This document shows, piece by piece, positions 35,882 to 45,930 of a DNA stretch of 64,000 nt; positions within the stretch are counted from its first letter, which is position 1; each line of letters starts with the position of its first letter. The stretch is taken from sequence record MW822008.1, one strand, 5' to 3'. A program made the position numbers and the translations under genes. The DNA comes from Escherichia phage BF17. The notes below the pieces were generated by a model. The model was not told the origin of the DNA. It saw only the letters and a list, made by a program, of their open reading frames with translations, and searched no databases.

Positions 35882-38578
35882 ATGTCAAAGAAAATATATG
35901 GTGGCTTAGATGTCACACATAATGTGACAGTTAATGGTAAAAGAACAATTCAAGGAATAAATGAACAAGTTTTTGATTCCAACGGTAACTTGGAATTAGA
36001 TACTTATTCCAGAGATGAAGTACTAGATATAGTAAGTATGATGCCAATCTCCCATTATGGTTCACAAAACTATCTACCTGCGGGTGTTTCTGGGGATTTC
36101 AATGGTGCATCAGAAAACCAGTCACAACGTAGAAATAAAATTTTATTAGAAAACGATGGTACACTAGTACTTTTACGTAGTGGGACAAACGGTAGTGTTG
36201 AGGGATTATTTTATTCATATTTGGCTAACGCATTATCAGTTGATGACATGAGCCGTACAATTAACACTAGTCGTCAATACAAGCCTGGGTTTTTTGGTTC
36301 AAATAGAGTTGCGATTGGTTTATACAATACTGATCCAAATATTTTACTCGGTAGATATATTGATACTTCTAACAGTACTAATGGTTTGTTCATATCAATT
36401 ACCAATGGTACATTAGATGATAAATTGCATACTGGTTTTTTCGTTAACCAAGCAGATATATCACCTGAAGGTGGTATTGAATATGCTATGATGGCAGAAG
36501 ATGGTTCTATATATGTTTTTAACGTACTTAATGAAAATAACCAACTACAATTAGTTGTTGTAAAAGTTGTTTATAATATAAGCAATGGTACTTATACTGC
36601 AACTCGAATTACTGGATGGACTACTAAAACATTTTATAACACGACATATTCTGCACAAAATAATATGGTTATTACTAATCAGGTAACATCAACAAATATT
36701 GCTGATAAACCTTATGTGTATGTTCCACAAAATCTACGTGGTATTGGGATTTACATGACATCAATTGATTTATATGTTGCACAGCAGCCAGGAACGCAGA
36801 ATTTCCGCTTTAGAATGAACGGGGACGCTTGGTTTACAATGGCAACATATAATACACGTCCACAGCATAGTTACAGTTTTGTGTTCAATATGAGTACTAA
36901 ACAATGTACATTAGATGCGGGTAACGATATTGGTTCATATCAAGCACCATTAGTTATAACTAATACTGGTTCGGCATTAGTTCCTACTGGTAACGTTTTA
37001 AATAACGATCCATTGTATAACCATGCAAATGCAAGAAACATTTATAGTTCATATTTTTATTTGAATTCTGGTGAAGCTTTTTGTACTACATGTCCAAACT
37101 TAGCAGAACCATTACTTATGCAAAAAGCTAAGTTTCCTATTCAAATAGTTTATAGTATGCTGAATGTCCGTGCTGTACTTTCTACTGACTTCAAAGGTGG
37201 TATAGTTCGCCCGTCTTTTGGTTCAGCGGTTGGTTCATTTATTAATGGTGTAGAATTACTACCAGATAACAGTACTAAACAATATTCACGTGCATCAGGT
37301 AGTGGTGGATTTAGACCATCATATGCAGTTCATAAAAGTACTCCTAATTTTACATTTAAATCATTATCTTTAGGAACAATACAAGGTTATGAACCTACAG
37401 TTGAACGTGCTAATGTTGATGATAATGCAAATAATAGAATTTTTATTAGTAGTATTTCTGGGTCAACTGTCACAACCAATGGTGGTATTTTTATGGTTGG
37501 GCAACGTTATTCACAATCATTATCCTATGATAAAAACTTAAATGGCACAGGAATTATAAGCGTTACACAATCAGTACTGGACAATTTTAGAAATACTGAA
37601 TATGCCAAAGTTCTAAGTGATTGGAATTTATCAGCACAAGCATACCGTGATATGACACTATTTGTTCCACAACAAACAGACATTCCAGCTTTTGTTATGT
37701 TGAGTACAATTACTAATGATTATAGAAACTATATTAGAATTGCTGAAGTTAATGTCAATACTAGAGTTGGTAATATTACATCTATTACATTTAAGCGTTT
37801 AGTACTTGAGAATACGTATGGTGATAACTTTACACCAACTGGGAATGGTTCGATTGCATCTTCTTCTGTTGGTTTGACCATATATGATGGTGGTTCATTC
37901 TACTTCATTGGTGGTTCTGACCCATTATCACATCCAACAATAGGTAATACTGCAACTCATCAATTTAGAGCATATGTAACTAAATCAACTGCACAATTTA
38001 CAAGTTTTATAATTACTGGATCTCATGCCAGTTATGAACAAGGAAGTCAACCAGCAGCATTACCTGGTATTGGTTTTGGAATTTTTGAACCAATGGATTA
38101 CTCAAATAAAATGACATTCAAAAAATATGGAACAACGATTGCAGACTATAATAACTGGACTGCACAAGGTAGCCCAATTAACGTAGTATCCCAGGACGTT
38201 GCTCAAGGGTTTATTGTATATTTTACAGAGGAAACACCAGTTATTCTTTCAGGTAAGTCATTTTCACTACCAGTTTCAAATATTGATTTGAGAACTATTA
38301 AGTCTAATCCAGCAAATACAACATTTTATGTATATGTTAAATTGGAACAAGGATTGGCAAACTATTACATAACTACTGATGTTATTTCTGAAACAGGGAC
38401 AACTGCATATAATATTTTTTGGATAGGTACAATTCAAACTAATGCAATTCAAATCGAAACAATTAATATACAAAAACGTTCCCGTTTAGATATATTTGGT
38501 GCTTCACTTGAATCAGCAGGTTCATCGTTCCCAGTTAGCTACGGTCTACCATCACAAACAGGAACCATAAACTGGTAA
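35882..38578 (+). CDS. tail fibre protein (long paralog 1)
   Basis: 898 aa, rich in Gly/Ser/Thr/Asn. Shares N-terminal, sub-terminal and C-terminal modules with 38590 and 39194. Confidence 0.7.
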   Translation: MSKKIYGGLDVTHNVTVNGKRTIQGINEQVFDSNGNLELDTYSRDEVLDIVSMMPISHYGSQNYLPAGVSGDFNGASENQSQRRNKILLENDGTLVLLRSGTNGSVEGLFYSYLANALSVDDMSRTINTSRQYKPGFFGSNRVAIGLYNTDPNILLGRYIDTSNSTNGLFISITNGTLDDKLHTGFFVNQADISPEGGIEYAMMAEDGSIYVFNVLNENNQLQLVVVKVVYNISNGTYTATRITGWTTKTFYNTTYSAQNNMVITNQVTSTNIADKPYVYVPQNLRGIGIYMTSIDLYVAQQPGTQNFRFRMNGDAWFTMATYNTRPQHSYSFVFNMSTKQCTLDAGNDIGSYQAPLVITNTGSALVPTGNVLNNDPLYNHANARNIYSSYFYLNSGEAFCTTCPNLAEPLLMQKAKFPIQIVYSMLNVRAVLSTDFKGGIVRPSFGSAVGSFINGVELLPDNSTKQYSRASGSGGFRPSYAVHKSTPNFTFKSLSLGTIQGYEPTVERANVDDNANNRIFISSISGSTVTTNGGIFMVGQRYSQSLSYDKNLNGTGIISVTQSVLDNFRNTEYAKVLSDWNLSAQAYRDMTLFVPQQTDIPAFVMLSTITNDYRNYIRIAEVNVNTRVGNITSITFKRLVLENTYGDNFTPTGNGSIASSSVGLTIYDGGSFYFIGGSDPLSHPTIGNTATHQFRAYVTKSTAQFTSFIITGSHASYEQGSQPAALPGIGFGIFEPMDYSNKMTFKKYGTTIADYNNWTAQGSPINVVSQDVAQGFIVYFTEETPVILSGKSFSLPVSNIDLRTIKSNPANTTFYVYVKLEQGLANYYITTDVISETGTTAYNIFWIGTIQTNAIQIETINIQKRSRLDIFGASLESAGSSFPVSYGLPSQTGTINW

Positions 38579-38589
38579 AGGATTACATA

Positions 38590-39177
38590 ATGGCATATAA
38601 AATAAGAGCAGACCTTAAGGCAATGCAACAAGTTACAGTTCAGGGTAAAAGTACTGGTCTTGGTGTATTAGGTAATAATATGACTTATTACCCAACAAAT
38701 TCAAATGGGGAATGTACATTCCCCTCTATTACCAAAGATGAAGTTAACTTTATTGTCAATGGATTACCACTTACACAATACGGAGAATTGTATGATGACG
38801 CTAGTCTAAATATTACTTCATCAGGCTATAGTCTTACATTTAATAGACAGATACCATCATTTATTGGTGGTTATCTTTATAAATTTCCAGCAGTTTCTAT
38901 TTTTGCTTCAACTGTTTCATCTGGAACACAAACACAATACGTATATGCAACGTTAGTTCTCGGTGAACCAATTTATAAAATATCACCAACACAAATACAA
39001 GAATCTGAAATTATAATGTTTATTGGAACACTGACCGTTGGTACAAGTGGTATTACAAATATAAACATTAATAAAGTATCCAGATTTAGTACATATAGAC
39101 CTAGTGTTACACAAAAAGGTTCTTCATTCCCAGTCAGTACTGGAAAACCATCAGAAACTGGTACAATTGGTTGGTAA
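38590..39177 (+). CDS. short tail-fibre paralog (195 aa 'mini-fibre')
   Basis: N-terminus (ITKDEVNFIVNGLPLTQYGE) and C-terminus (SRFSTYRPSVTQKGSSFPVSTGKPSETGTIGW) match both long fibres. Confidence 0.6.
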   Translation: MAYKIRADLKAMQQVTVQGKSTGLGVLGNNMTYYPTNSNGECTFPSITKDEVNFIVNGLPLTQYGELYDDASLNITSSGYSLTFNRQIPSFIGGYLYKFPAVSIFASTVSSGTQTQYVYATLVLGEPIYKISPTQIQESEIIMFIGTLTVGTSGITNININKVSRFSTYRPSVTQKGSSFPVSTGKPSETGTIGW

Positions 39178-39193
39178 ATTAAGGAAAAGAAAG

Positions 39194-41923
39194 ATGTCAT
39201 CAAAACGAATTATAGGAAGTGCCGAGATCCTTGGGAACTTGGCAATTGGACAAAGGTACGCTATGCGTACTTTTAATGGAACCTCACCGAATGCCAATAC
39301 TGGAATTGTTCAATATCCAATATATAAGCGTTCAGAAGTTCAAAGTATTTTAGATATGTTGCCTATATCACGTGTAGGAGAAATGGATTACTTACCATTA
39401 AACGTAAGTGGGTCGTATGAAGGTGCTACACCTATGTCAAGTGACCAAGTAGTTCAGCCAACAATTATTGAAGATGATGGAACCGCCGTTGTTCTGCGTA
39501 GCGGAACCAATGGTAGTACTAAAGGTTTTTATTATTCATTTATACGAGAACTCCGAAATATAACTATGATTTCACAAGAAAGTGTTATTTCAACCAATTC
39601 AATGTATAAACCTTCAATTATGAGTAGTACTGAAAATATTAAGTATTTTATTGGCTCTAATGGTTATGAGATGCTTGGATGTTTAAGTACTGAAGATAAT
39701 TATATTTTTACTATAACCAATGGCACATTTAACGAAATATCACATATTCATGCTAAAGTGCCAAGTACTTCTTTTGGTAATGATATGCCAATATATACAC
39801 ATATTGTTGGGACAAAGGTTTATATTTGGTGTAAAGATAAAAGTGTTTCTAATTTAGGATTAGCACTTTCAATTTATACAGTAGAGCTAAGTGATGTGAA
39901 AGCAAGCTCAATGGCATCATTAACAAAAGTTACTGGGTTATCAGGTCAAACTGTTCGAAACACAAGTTATTCTGCATCTAATAACATAAGAGTGTTCGAT
40001 AAATTATATAGTGTTGGTACTAGCTCGGATTCATTATTCGAAGTTACATCACCAGTATCACGTGTAGAATTTTCAGACTATACAGACTTTAACATTCAAG
40101 CCAACGTTAGTCCTGATTTATCAAAAATACGTGTAACTTTATATCCAACACATCGAATGGTTACACCTTTGTATATTTCAACAGTTTATGGTACTGGAAT
40201 AAGTTTTGTTTATAATATAAACTCAAAATCTATGTCACTAGATGGTAGTGCTCGTGCACCTGCAACTGTTTCATATAATAATGGATTTCAAGTTTCTAAC
40301 CCATTTGAAATTAATATGGTCAACTTCACAGGGACAACTGCTGCTGGTGTATTAGGAAACGCAGGTGGTTTATGTCAAACTAAAGATGGTTTGGTATTTG
40401 CATCTAAATTTAGATGGAGTTCAACTGAATTTTATGGTCTACAACGATATAAGGTTAGTGGTACACCGTTTGATTCATGGGTTGCCAGTACTAGAACCGC
40501 AAGTAACGTTATAAATGCAAACGTTTTACCAGTTTTTGGTAGTGCTGTTGGTGCAAACCTTTTAGGTGTACGTTTCATCGATAATAGAAAAATATTATTA
40601 GCATGTTCTGGTACGTATGATGATGTAACATATAATTATAATAATACTGTTTTTTCTGAAATAGGTTCACAACCAACATATCAATATAACTCAGTTCAAA
40701 ATAATACTACATTAAATGGTTTTGCACCACAATCTAATCGTAAACAAATAGGCGATGATTTTACATACACTGCTATGATTTCTCTTGTTGATACCGATGG
40801 TAGTGTTAGATGCTATGGAACATCATTCATTGAAGGTGTATATAAAACAAGTGGTGGATTATTAAACCCAGATACTTTAGAATTTGATGAAACATATACA
40901 ATAGAACCAACGGTATTAGAATCATTAAAACAAGATATTTTTGCTAATATAGGAAACTCTGGCATTGTTGGCACACTATCTGGACAAATTGTATTATATT
41001 ATGTACCTGATAATACTTTTTCTAAATCCATCGCAGTAGTTTCAGCATATAATCTTAACAATAACCAAGGTTATGCAATCTATGCCGAAGTTGATGTTGT
41101 ATTATCTGGAACTAACATAACTTCAGCTACATTGGTGAGTACTAGATATGAGACACTTAGTTCTGTTACAGGAATTATTACTGAAGCATATATGAAACGT
41201 TGTACTGGTCTAACAGTTGCAAAATATTCAGGATTTGGTTACATTGGTGTTGATGCTGTTCATCAATTTTCACAACCAGGTAATGCACAATTTAAGATGA
41301 TGATAGCTAAAACAGTAGATGGTGTCATAACATCAAATCGTTTTTTATCATCTAGTTACATCCAACTTGGTGCAGCATATCAACATGGTGTTATTCCTGG
41401 TGTTGGTTTTGGATATTACAATTTTCAAGATTCTGACTATCAAACCAAATCTGTATTCAGCGTTTTTGGTACAACATCTGCTGAAATGGATGGTTTAATT
41501 AGTGGAAATGGTAGCGTTAAAGAAAAGATTGTGGTAGTATCACAAGACGTTGCACAAGGATTCTCAGTGTACTTTACACGTGAAGTTCCGGTGTTTTTAG
41601 GTGGAATTTTCGACAGACTACCTATACAAAGTGTTGATTTAAGTACTGTAAAAAGTAACCCAGCTAATACTACGTTCTATTTGTATATACAAATGAACAG
41701 GAATACTAAGAAAGCGTCATATGTTATTAGTACTGAAACAATTGATGAATCTTTAACTAGCACTTACATTGGTAAGATAGTTACTGGAACTTCAGGAATA
41801 ACTTCAATTGATACAGAAAAAGTAACTCGTTTTTTGACATATCGTCCAAGTACAACGAAACGTGGTTCAGCGATACCTGCCAGTACTGGTGTACCATCAG
41901 GTCCAGGTACACGTTGGAAATAA
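39194..41923 (+). CDS. tail fibre protein (long paralog 2)
   Basis: ATG at 39194 after AAGGAAAAG. VVSQDVAQGFSVYFT...SNPANTTFYLY parallels 35882. Confidence 0.7.
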   Translation: MSSKRIIGSAEILGNLAIGQRYAMRTFNGTSPNANTGIVQYPIYKRSEVQSILDMLPISRVGEMDYLPLNVSGSYEGATPMSSDQVVQPTIIEDDGTAVVLRSGTNGSTKGFYYSFIRELRNITMISQESVISTNSMYKPSIMSSTENIKYFIGSNGYEMLGCLSTEDNYIFTITNGTFNEISHIHAKVPSTSFGNDMPIYTHIVGTKVYIWCKDKSVSNLGLALSIYTVELSDVKASSMASLTKVTGLSGQTVRNTSYSASNNIRVFDKLYSVGTSSDSLFEVTSPVSRVEFSDYTDFNIQANVSPDLSKIRVTLYPTHRMVTPLYISTVYGTGISFVYNINSKSMSLDGSARAPATVSYNNGFQVSNPFEINMVNFTGTTAAGVLGNAGGLCQTKDGLVFASKFRWSSTEFYGLQRYKVSGTPFDSWVASTRTASNVINANVLPVFGSAVGANLLGVRFIDNRKILLACSGTYDDVTYNYNNTVFSEIGSQPTYQYNSVQNNTTLNGFAPQSNRKQIGDDFTYTAMISLVDTDGSVRCYGTSFIEGVYKTSGGLLNPDTLEFDETYTIEPTVLESLKQDIFANIGNSGIVGTLSGQIVLYYVPDNTFSKSIAVVSAYNLNNNQGYAIYAEVDVVLSGTNITSATLVSTRYETLSSVTGIITEAYMKRCTGLTVAKYSGFGYIGVDAVHQFSQPGNAQFKMMIAKTVDGVITSNRFLSSSYIQLGAAYQHGVIPGVGFGYYNFQDSDYQTKSVFSVFGTTSAEMDGLISGNGSVKEKIVVVSQDVAQGFSVYFTREVPVFLGGIFDRLPIQSVDLSTVKSNPANTTFYLYIQMNRNTKKASYVISTETIDESLTSTYIGKIVTGTSGITSIDTEKVTRFLTYRPSTTKRGSAIPASTGVPSGPGTRWK

Positions 41924-41929
41924 ATTTAA

Positions 41930-41957
41930 AGCTCGTCTATTGACGGGCTTTTCTTTT
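41930..41957 (+). terminator. intrinsic terminator after the tail fibre genes
   Basis: AGCTCGTC-TATT-GACGGGCT followed by TTTCTTTT. Confidence 0.7.
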
Positions 41958-41968
41958 ATGTGTATAAT
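41940..41968 (+). promoter_or_regulatory. promoter: TTGACG-N17-TATAAT with a TG extension, with -35 inside the terminator hairpin
   Basis: TGTATAAT at 41961..41968. Gene start at 41991. Confidence 0.55.
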
Positions 41969-41990
41969 TGAATAAAAATAGGAGGAAATT

Positions 41991-42557
41991 ATGGTCAAAT
42001 CTTTATTACCGCCACCAAAACGTCACAAAATCAAAGAAATGAAAGAACAACGTACATTAAAGATGTACATCAATTTAGTTAAGTTACTGTGTAAAAGTCC
42101 ATCGCTCAAAGCAGAGTTTAAAACTGATGATGACCGCAAAGCACTAATTGAGATGAAGTATATGCTCAGTAAAATGTCCTTTTACAAATTTGTAAAAGAA
42201 TACGCATCTGACCCATTTAGTCCTCGTTGGAGAGCCAAACCAAGAGAGTATTTTTACGGTGGTTCATATACGGATCTCATTCAAGACACAGTGATGGGAG
42301 TTGAATTTGAAATCGATTATGAGCCGAATGGTGTGGAAAGCTGGCCGATTGAGAAACGTTTACCAAGTGAAGAAGAAATTTATGTTTATGCAAGAAAACT
42401 TTCAAATTTCAGTTCAAGAATTACTCTAGGCAATTTAGATTCATTTATTATTTTCTATACACGTGTTGGTGTAGATAAAATGGTAACTAAACTCAATGAA
42501 CTTTCATTACAACAAAAACAGATTAATGCATACAAAGACATTACTGATTTATACTAA
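41991..42557 (+). CDS. tandem-paralog protein A
   Basis: AGGAGG upstream. Shares the (D/N)DxR(K/R)x(L/I)I(E/D)xKYxLSK motif with the next two ORFs. Confidence 0.65.
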   Translation: MVKSLLPPPKRHKIKEMKEQRTLKMYINLVKLLCKSPSLKAEFKTDDDRKALIEMKYMLSKMSFYKFVKEYASDPFSPRWRAKPREYFYGGSYTDLIQDTVMGVEFEIDYEPNGVESWPIEKRLPSEEEIYVYARKLSNFSSRITLGNLDSFIIFYTRVGVDKMVTKLNELSLQQKQINAYKDITDLY

Positions 42558-42563
42558 TGAGGA

Positions 42564-43085
42564 ATGGATATGTTTTTTGGATCAGTTGGAAAACAAAACA
42601 GTACTTTAATTTGGCATGAAATTATCTTTAAAATTATATCTAAAAGCTACTCACTAAAGGATATTATCACCACAGATAATGATAGACGTATCCTGTTAGA
42701 TGCAAAATATAAATTGAGCAAACACCCTTTACTTTCTTTAATCATTGATTACGTTAATGATTATGAATCTAGTCGTTGGAAGTGGGAAGACGGCGGTTTA
42801 TTTCGTGGAAAAACATTCTACGGTGCGGAACGATATGTTTTCAGTGATACATCAAATGGCGTTAAGTTTGCTATTAGAAACTTTAACTCCAAAGAAAATG
42901 ATTATCTTGAAAGTGGAGTGAAAGTATATATCGATAATAATAGCAATGTACTAACATATGACGAATCACTAATTATGTTACAAATAATGCGTGGAGTTGA
43001 AGGTGTAAGAAACAACCTTACTAAATTGAAAATCCAGCAAAATGATATACATAATAGACAGAAAATTAAGGGTTTATATAAATGA
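42564..43085 (+). CDS. tandem-paralog protein B
   Basis: Contains TDNDRRILLDAKYKLSK. Confidence 0.65.
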   Translation: MDMFFGSVGKQNSTLIWHEIIFKIISKSYSLKDIITTDNDRRILLDAKYKLSKHPLLSLIIDYVNDYESSRWKWEDGGLFRGKTFYGAERYVFSDTSNGVKFAIRNFNSKENDYLESGVKVYIDNNSNVLTYDESLIMLQIMRGVEGVRNNLTKLKIQQNDIHNRQKIKGLYK

Positions 43086-43591
43086 TTTCATTTTTCAAAA
43101 AGAAACAAAAAGTTGATGAAACCGGATTAGAATCGTTTCTGTGGACTCTTATCATCAAAAAAAGCCCATTGATGAAAGAATATGCTATCAATGATGCTAA
43201 TAGAAAAACTATCATTGAATACAAATATGAATTATCTAAATGTGATCCAATTGTTTATCACTTTGCGAAGTACTGTTCAAAAAATTTATCGGATATCACA
43301 ATCGACCACGAGTCAGTCCCGATGAGTTTTCCTTATGGTGATTGGGTAGATACTTTTGATATTTTTGATGGGTCAAATGGTTTCAGTTTCTTTTACTCGT
43401 CAAATAAAGCAAATGTTCGTATTAAAACAGACATAGGTTGGACACAGCATAGCTCAAATAAAGAAGATTATAATTTATTAGCTGACGTATACCGAAGTGT
43501 GAAGAATTCAAAGGATATTGATGAAAGAATTAAAAAGCAAAATCGTATATCTTTATCACTTGAAACATACAAGTCAAAGTATGGTGGTTAA
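43082..43591 (+). CDS. tandem-paralog protein C
   Basis: Contains NDANRKTIIEYKYELSK. ATGA overlap with the upstream stop. Confidence 0.65.
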   Translation: MISFFKKKQKVDETGLESFLWTLIIKKSPLMKEYAINDANRKTIIEYKYELSKCDPIVYHFAKYCSKNLSDITIDHESVPMSFPYGDWVDTFDIFDGSNGFSFFYSSNKANVRIKTDIGWTQHSSNKEDYNLLADVYRSVKNSKDIDERIKKQNRISLSLETYKSKYGG

Positions 43592-43593
43592 CT

Positions 43594-43995
43594 ATGACTA
43601 CAGTTGATGATATCTATAGCACTATACGCAATATGAGTACAGATAGAAAAGTATTTGGCGATAAAGAAAAATCTAAGTGTTATGGTATTGATTCTTTTGA
43701 TATAATTTCTTATGAGTACAATACAAGTGGAAATAGTTCACTGAATATCGTCTGTCCTCGTGACCCAGAAAATAATTTTATGTATGTTGAAATTAATAAT
43801 GATGGAATGTTTTTTACAAAAGTTTTCAAAGGTGGAATTAATTACGAACCTATTGAATGTATGAATGAAGAAACTTTCTTTCAAGAAGATACAATTATCA
43901 ATTTAGGTTTTAGTTTTGATGATTATAAAACATTAGAACATGACTTTAATCGTTATTATAATGGTTTCTTAAAGGAGTTAACAATTTATCTATGA
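43594..43995 (+). CDS. hypothetical protein
   Basis: ORF track. Confidence 0.6.
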   Translation: MTTVDDIYSTIRNMSTDRKVFGDKEKSKCYGIDSFDIISYEYNTSGNSSLNIVCPRDPENNFMYVEINNDGMFFTKVFKGGINYEPIECMNEETFFQEDTIINLGFSFDDYKTLEHDFNRYYNGFLKELTIYL

Positions 43996-45224
43996 ATAAC
44001 CAATATATTGAACAAACAATAGTGAAACACTTGGCTGGGTCACAAGCCTACGGAACCAGTACACCGGAAAGTGATACTGATTATCGTGGTATTTTTCTTG
44101 CTAATAAAGAATTTATTCTTACACCCTTCTATAAGGTCAAAGAGGTAGCTGACAAAAGCGAAGAAGATACTAAATTCTATGAGTTGAATCAGTATTTAAA
44201 ATTATACACTGAAGCTAACCCTAATATTCTTGAATCACTTTGGGTTGAACCTGAACACATTGTGGAAAGTACTGAAATTTATGACTATCTTCGTTCATTT
44301 AACCAAAAACTTCTTAGTTCCAAGATTGCATTTTCATACACTGGATATGCATATAATCAGATTAAGCGTATGACAAATCATCACGGTTGGATGGATAAAG
44401 AGCGTATTGCTGAAAAACGATTAAATGAGATTTTAGAAGAACACCCTGTCGATGAGGTTCTTGCGTGGATGTATGATTCATTCCCACAGTATCTTGTTGA
44501 ACGTTTAGATACATCCAACTTACATCCATTTAATGCTAAAAAGATTGATTTTGAAAAATATATGCGTGATACATCATTGCAGTTAGTTTCGAAAAATCCA
44601 TTAAAGCAATATCATTTCGTAAGATTAGTGCATAACTACACTACTGAAAAAATTCTTGATCGTGATTTCAATTTATTGAATTTTAATAATGGTTATGAAC
44701 TAATTCATTACGGAGAAAACATTTTTGCGATTGTTAAGAATCCTAATGAAAGCACTATTAACCATGATGGTTCATTGCGTTATTTTTCAAAAGAACGTAG
44801 TACTGAAGAGTTGAAAACCAAACCAGAACTAATTGTCAAATTTAACGAAAAAGAATATCAGGAAAATAGTGAGAATAGGAAAAGTTATCATAAATGGAAA
44901 GAAAATCGTAATGCCAAACGTGCTATTTTAGAATCACAACACGGATACGATTGTAAACATGCTATGCACACAATCCGACTTTTGAATAGTGCAGAAGAAG
45001 CGTTACAAAGTGGAATTATTCAAGTTAAACGACCAGATGCACAAATGTTGATGGATATTCGTAATGGTAAATGGAAGTATGAAGAAGTATTAGAATATTT
45101 CGATGATAAAGTACAATACATTCGTGATGTTCTATATAAGAAATCAGTACTTCCTAAAAAACCAAACATCAAGTTAGCATCAAAAATTATCATTGATATT
45201 AGAGAAATGCAATGGTATAAGTAA
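43992..45224 (+). CDS. Pol-beta-superfamily nucleotidyltransferase (RlaP-like)
   Basis: N-terminal LAGSQAYGTSTPESDTDYRGIF is the GS...D.D nucleotidyltransferase motif typical of the PF10127-type family. Confidence 0.65.
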   Translation: MNNQYIEQTIVKHLAGSQAYGTSTPESDTDYRGIFLANKEFILTPFYKVKEVADKSEEDTKFYELNQYLKLYTEANPNILESLWVEPEHIVESTEIYDYLRSFNQKLLSSKIAFSYTGYAYNQIKRMTNHHGWMDKERIAEKRLNEILEEHPVDEVLAWMYDSFPQYLVERLDTSNLHPFNAKKIDFEKYMRDTSLQLVSKNPLKQYHFVRLVHNYTTEKILDRDFNLLNFNNGYELIHYGENIFAIVKNPNESTINHDGSLRYFSKERSTEELKTKPELIVKFNEKEYQENSENRKSYHKWKENRNAKRAILESQHGYDCKHAMHTIRLLNSAEEALQSGIIQVKRPDAQMLMDIRNGKWKYEEVLEYFDDKVQYIRDVLYKKSVLPKKPNIKLASKIIIDIREMQWYK

Positions 45225-45233
45225 CATATACAA

Positions 45234-45262
45234 GTGTAATGGTACTAAAAATGCCATTACAC
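45234..45262 (+). other. 9-bp perfect hairpin between the nucleotidyltransferase gene and the next ORF (no U tract)
   Basis: GTGTAATGG-N11-CCATTACAC. Confidence 0.5.
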
Positions 45263-45301
45263 TCAATAAATACTCAATATAAATTAACACAAGGATTAAG
45301 T

Positions 45302-45430
45302 ATGGCACAACAAATTTTCACAGATATCCACACTACCGGAGTTATTAAATTTCAAAATAATTTTTCTGGTGCTACTGGTGTAGACATTAAAAATGATGGT
45401 TTTAACATTGTCAGTACTCGGATCTATTGA
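45302..45430 (+). CDS. short ORF, possibly the 5' part of a frame-split gene
   Basis: ATG after AAGGA. It stops after 42 codons. The downstream ORF overlaps it in the +1 frame and has no SD of its own. Confidence 0.4.
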   Translation: MAQQIFTDIHTTGVIKFQNNFSGATGVDIKNDGFNIVSTRIY

Positions 45431-45929
45431 TGGTGAAGATAGTTCTCTTAGTGATTCTGTGATTGCATCATTCGGAACTAATAAAAACAGTTCTTTTATT
45501 ATATCTGGATGGACTGGAATGACTGATTCTGAAAATAATGTTAAGATAAAAGCTAAAGCTACTAACGAGAATCATGAAACAGAATGGGTAACATTATATG
45601 ATAGTGCAAGTAATAAGTTATATAATGTATTAAGTTCTAATAATATTTTAATTAATCCACTGTCGGGCAATTCTGTTTTTAATATTAATTTATCTGATAG
45701 AAATACTACTATTTCGATTGGTGCGGCTCCTACTGAAGTTTATTCAATTACCATCCTATTAACACAACAAACAGGTTCAAACCTAGTTAATTGGGGTTCT
45801 AATGTTAAATGGTCATATAACAGACCAGTTGTTCTTTCTTATGAAATTGGTGAAAAAGATATTATTTCATTAGAAACATATGATAAAGGAGTTACATGGT
45901 ACGGTGCATTAATTAGAGCAGGAGTATGA
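45393..45929 (+). CDS. hypothetical (structural-like) protein, possibly continuous with 45302 through a frame change
   Basis: ORF track. No obvious RBS before ATG 45393. Confidence 0.5.
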   Translation: MMVLTLSVLGSIDGEDSSLSDSVIASFGTNKNSSFIISGWTGMTDSENNVKIKAKATNENHETEWVTLYDSASNKLYNVLSSNNILINPLSGNSVFNINLSDRNTTISIGAAPTEVYSITILLTQQTGSNLVNWGSNVKWSYNRPVVLSYEIGEKDIISLETYDKGVTWYGALIRAGV

Positions 45930-45930
45930 T

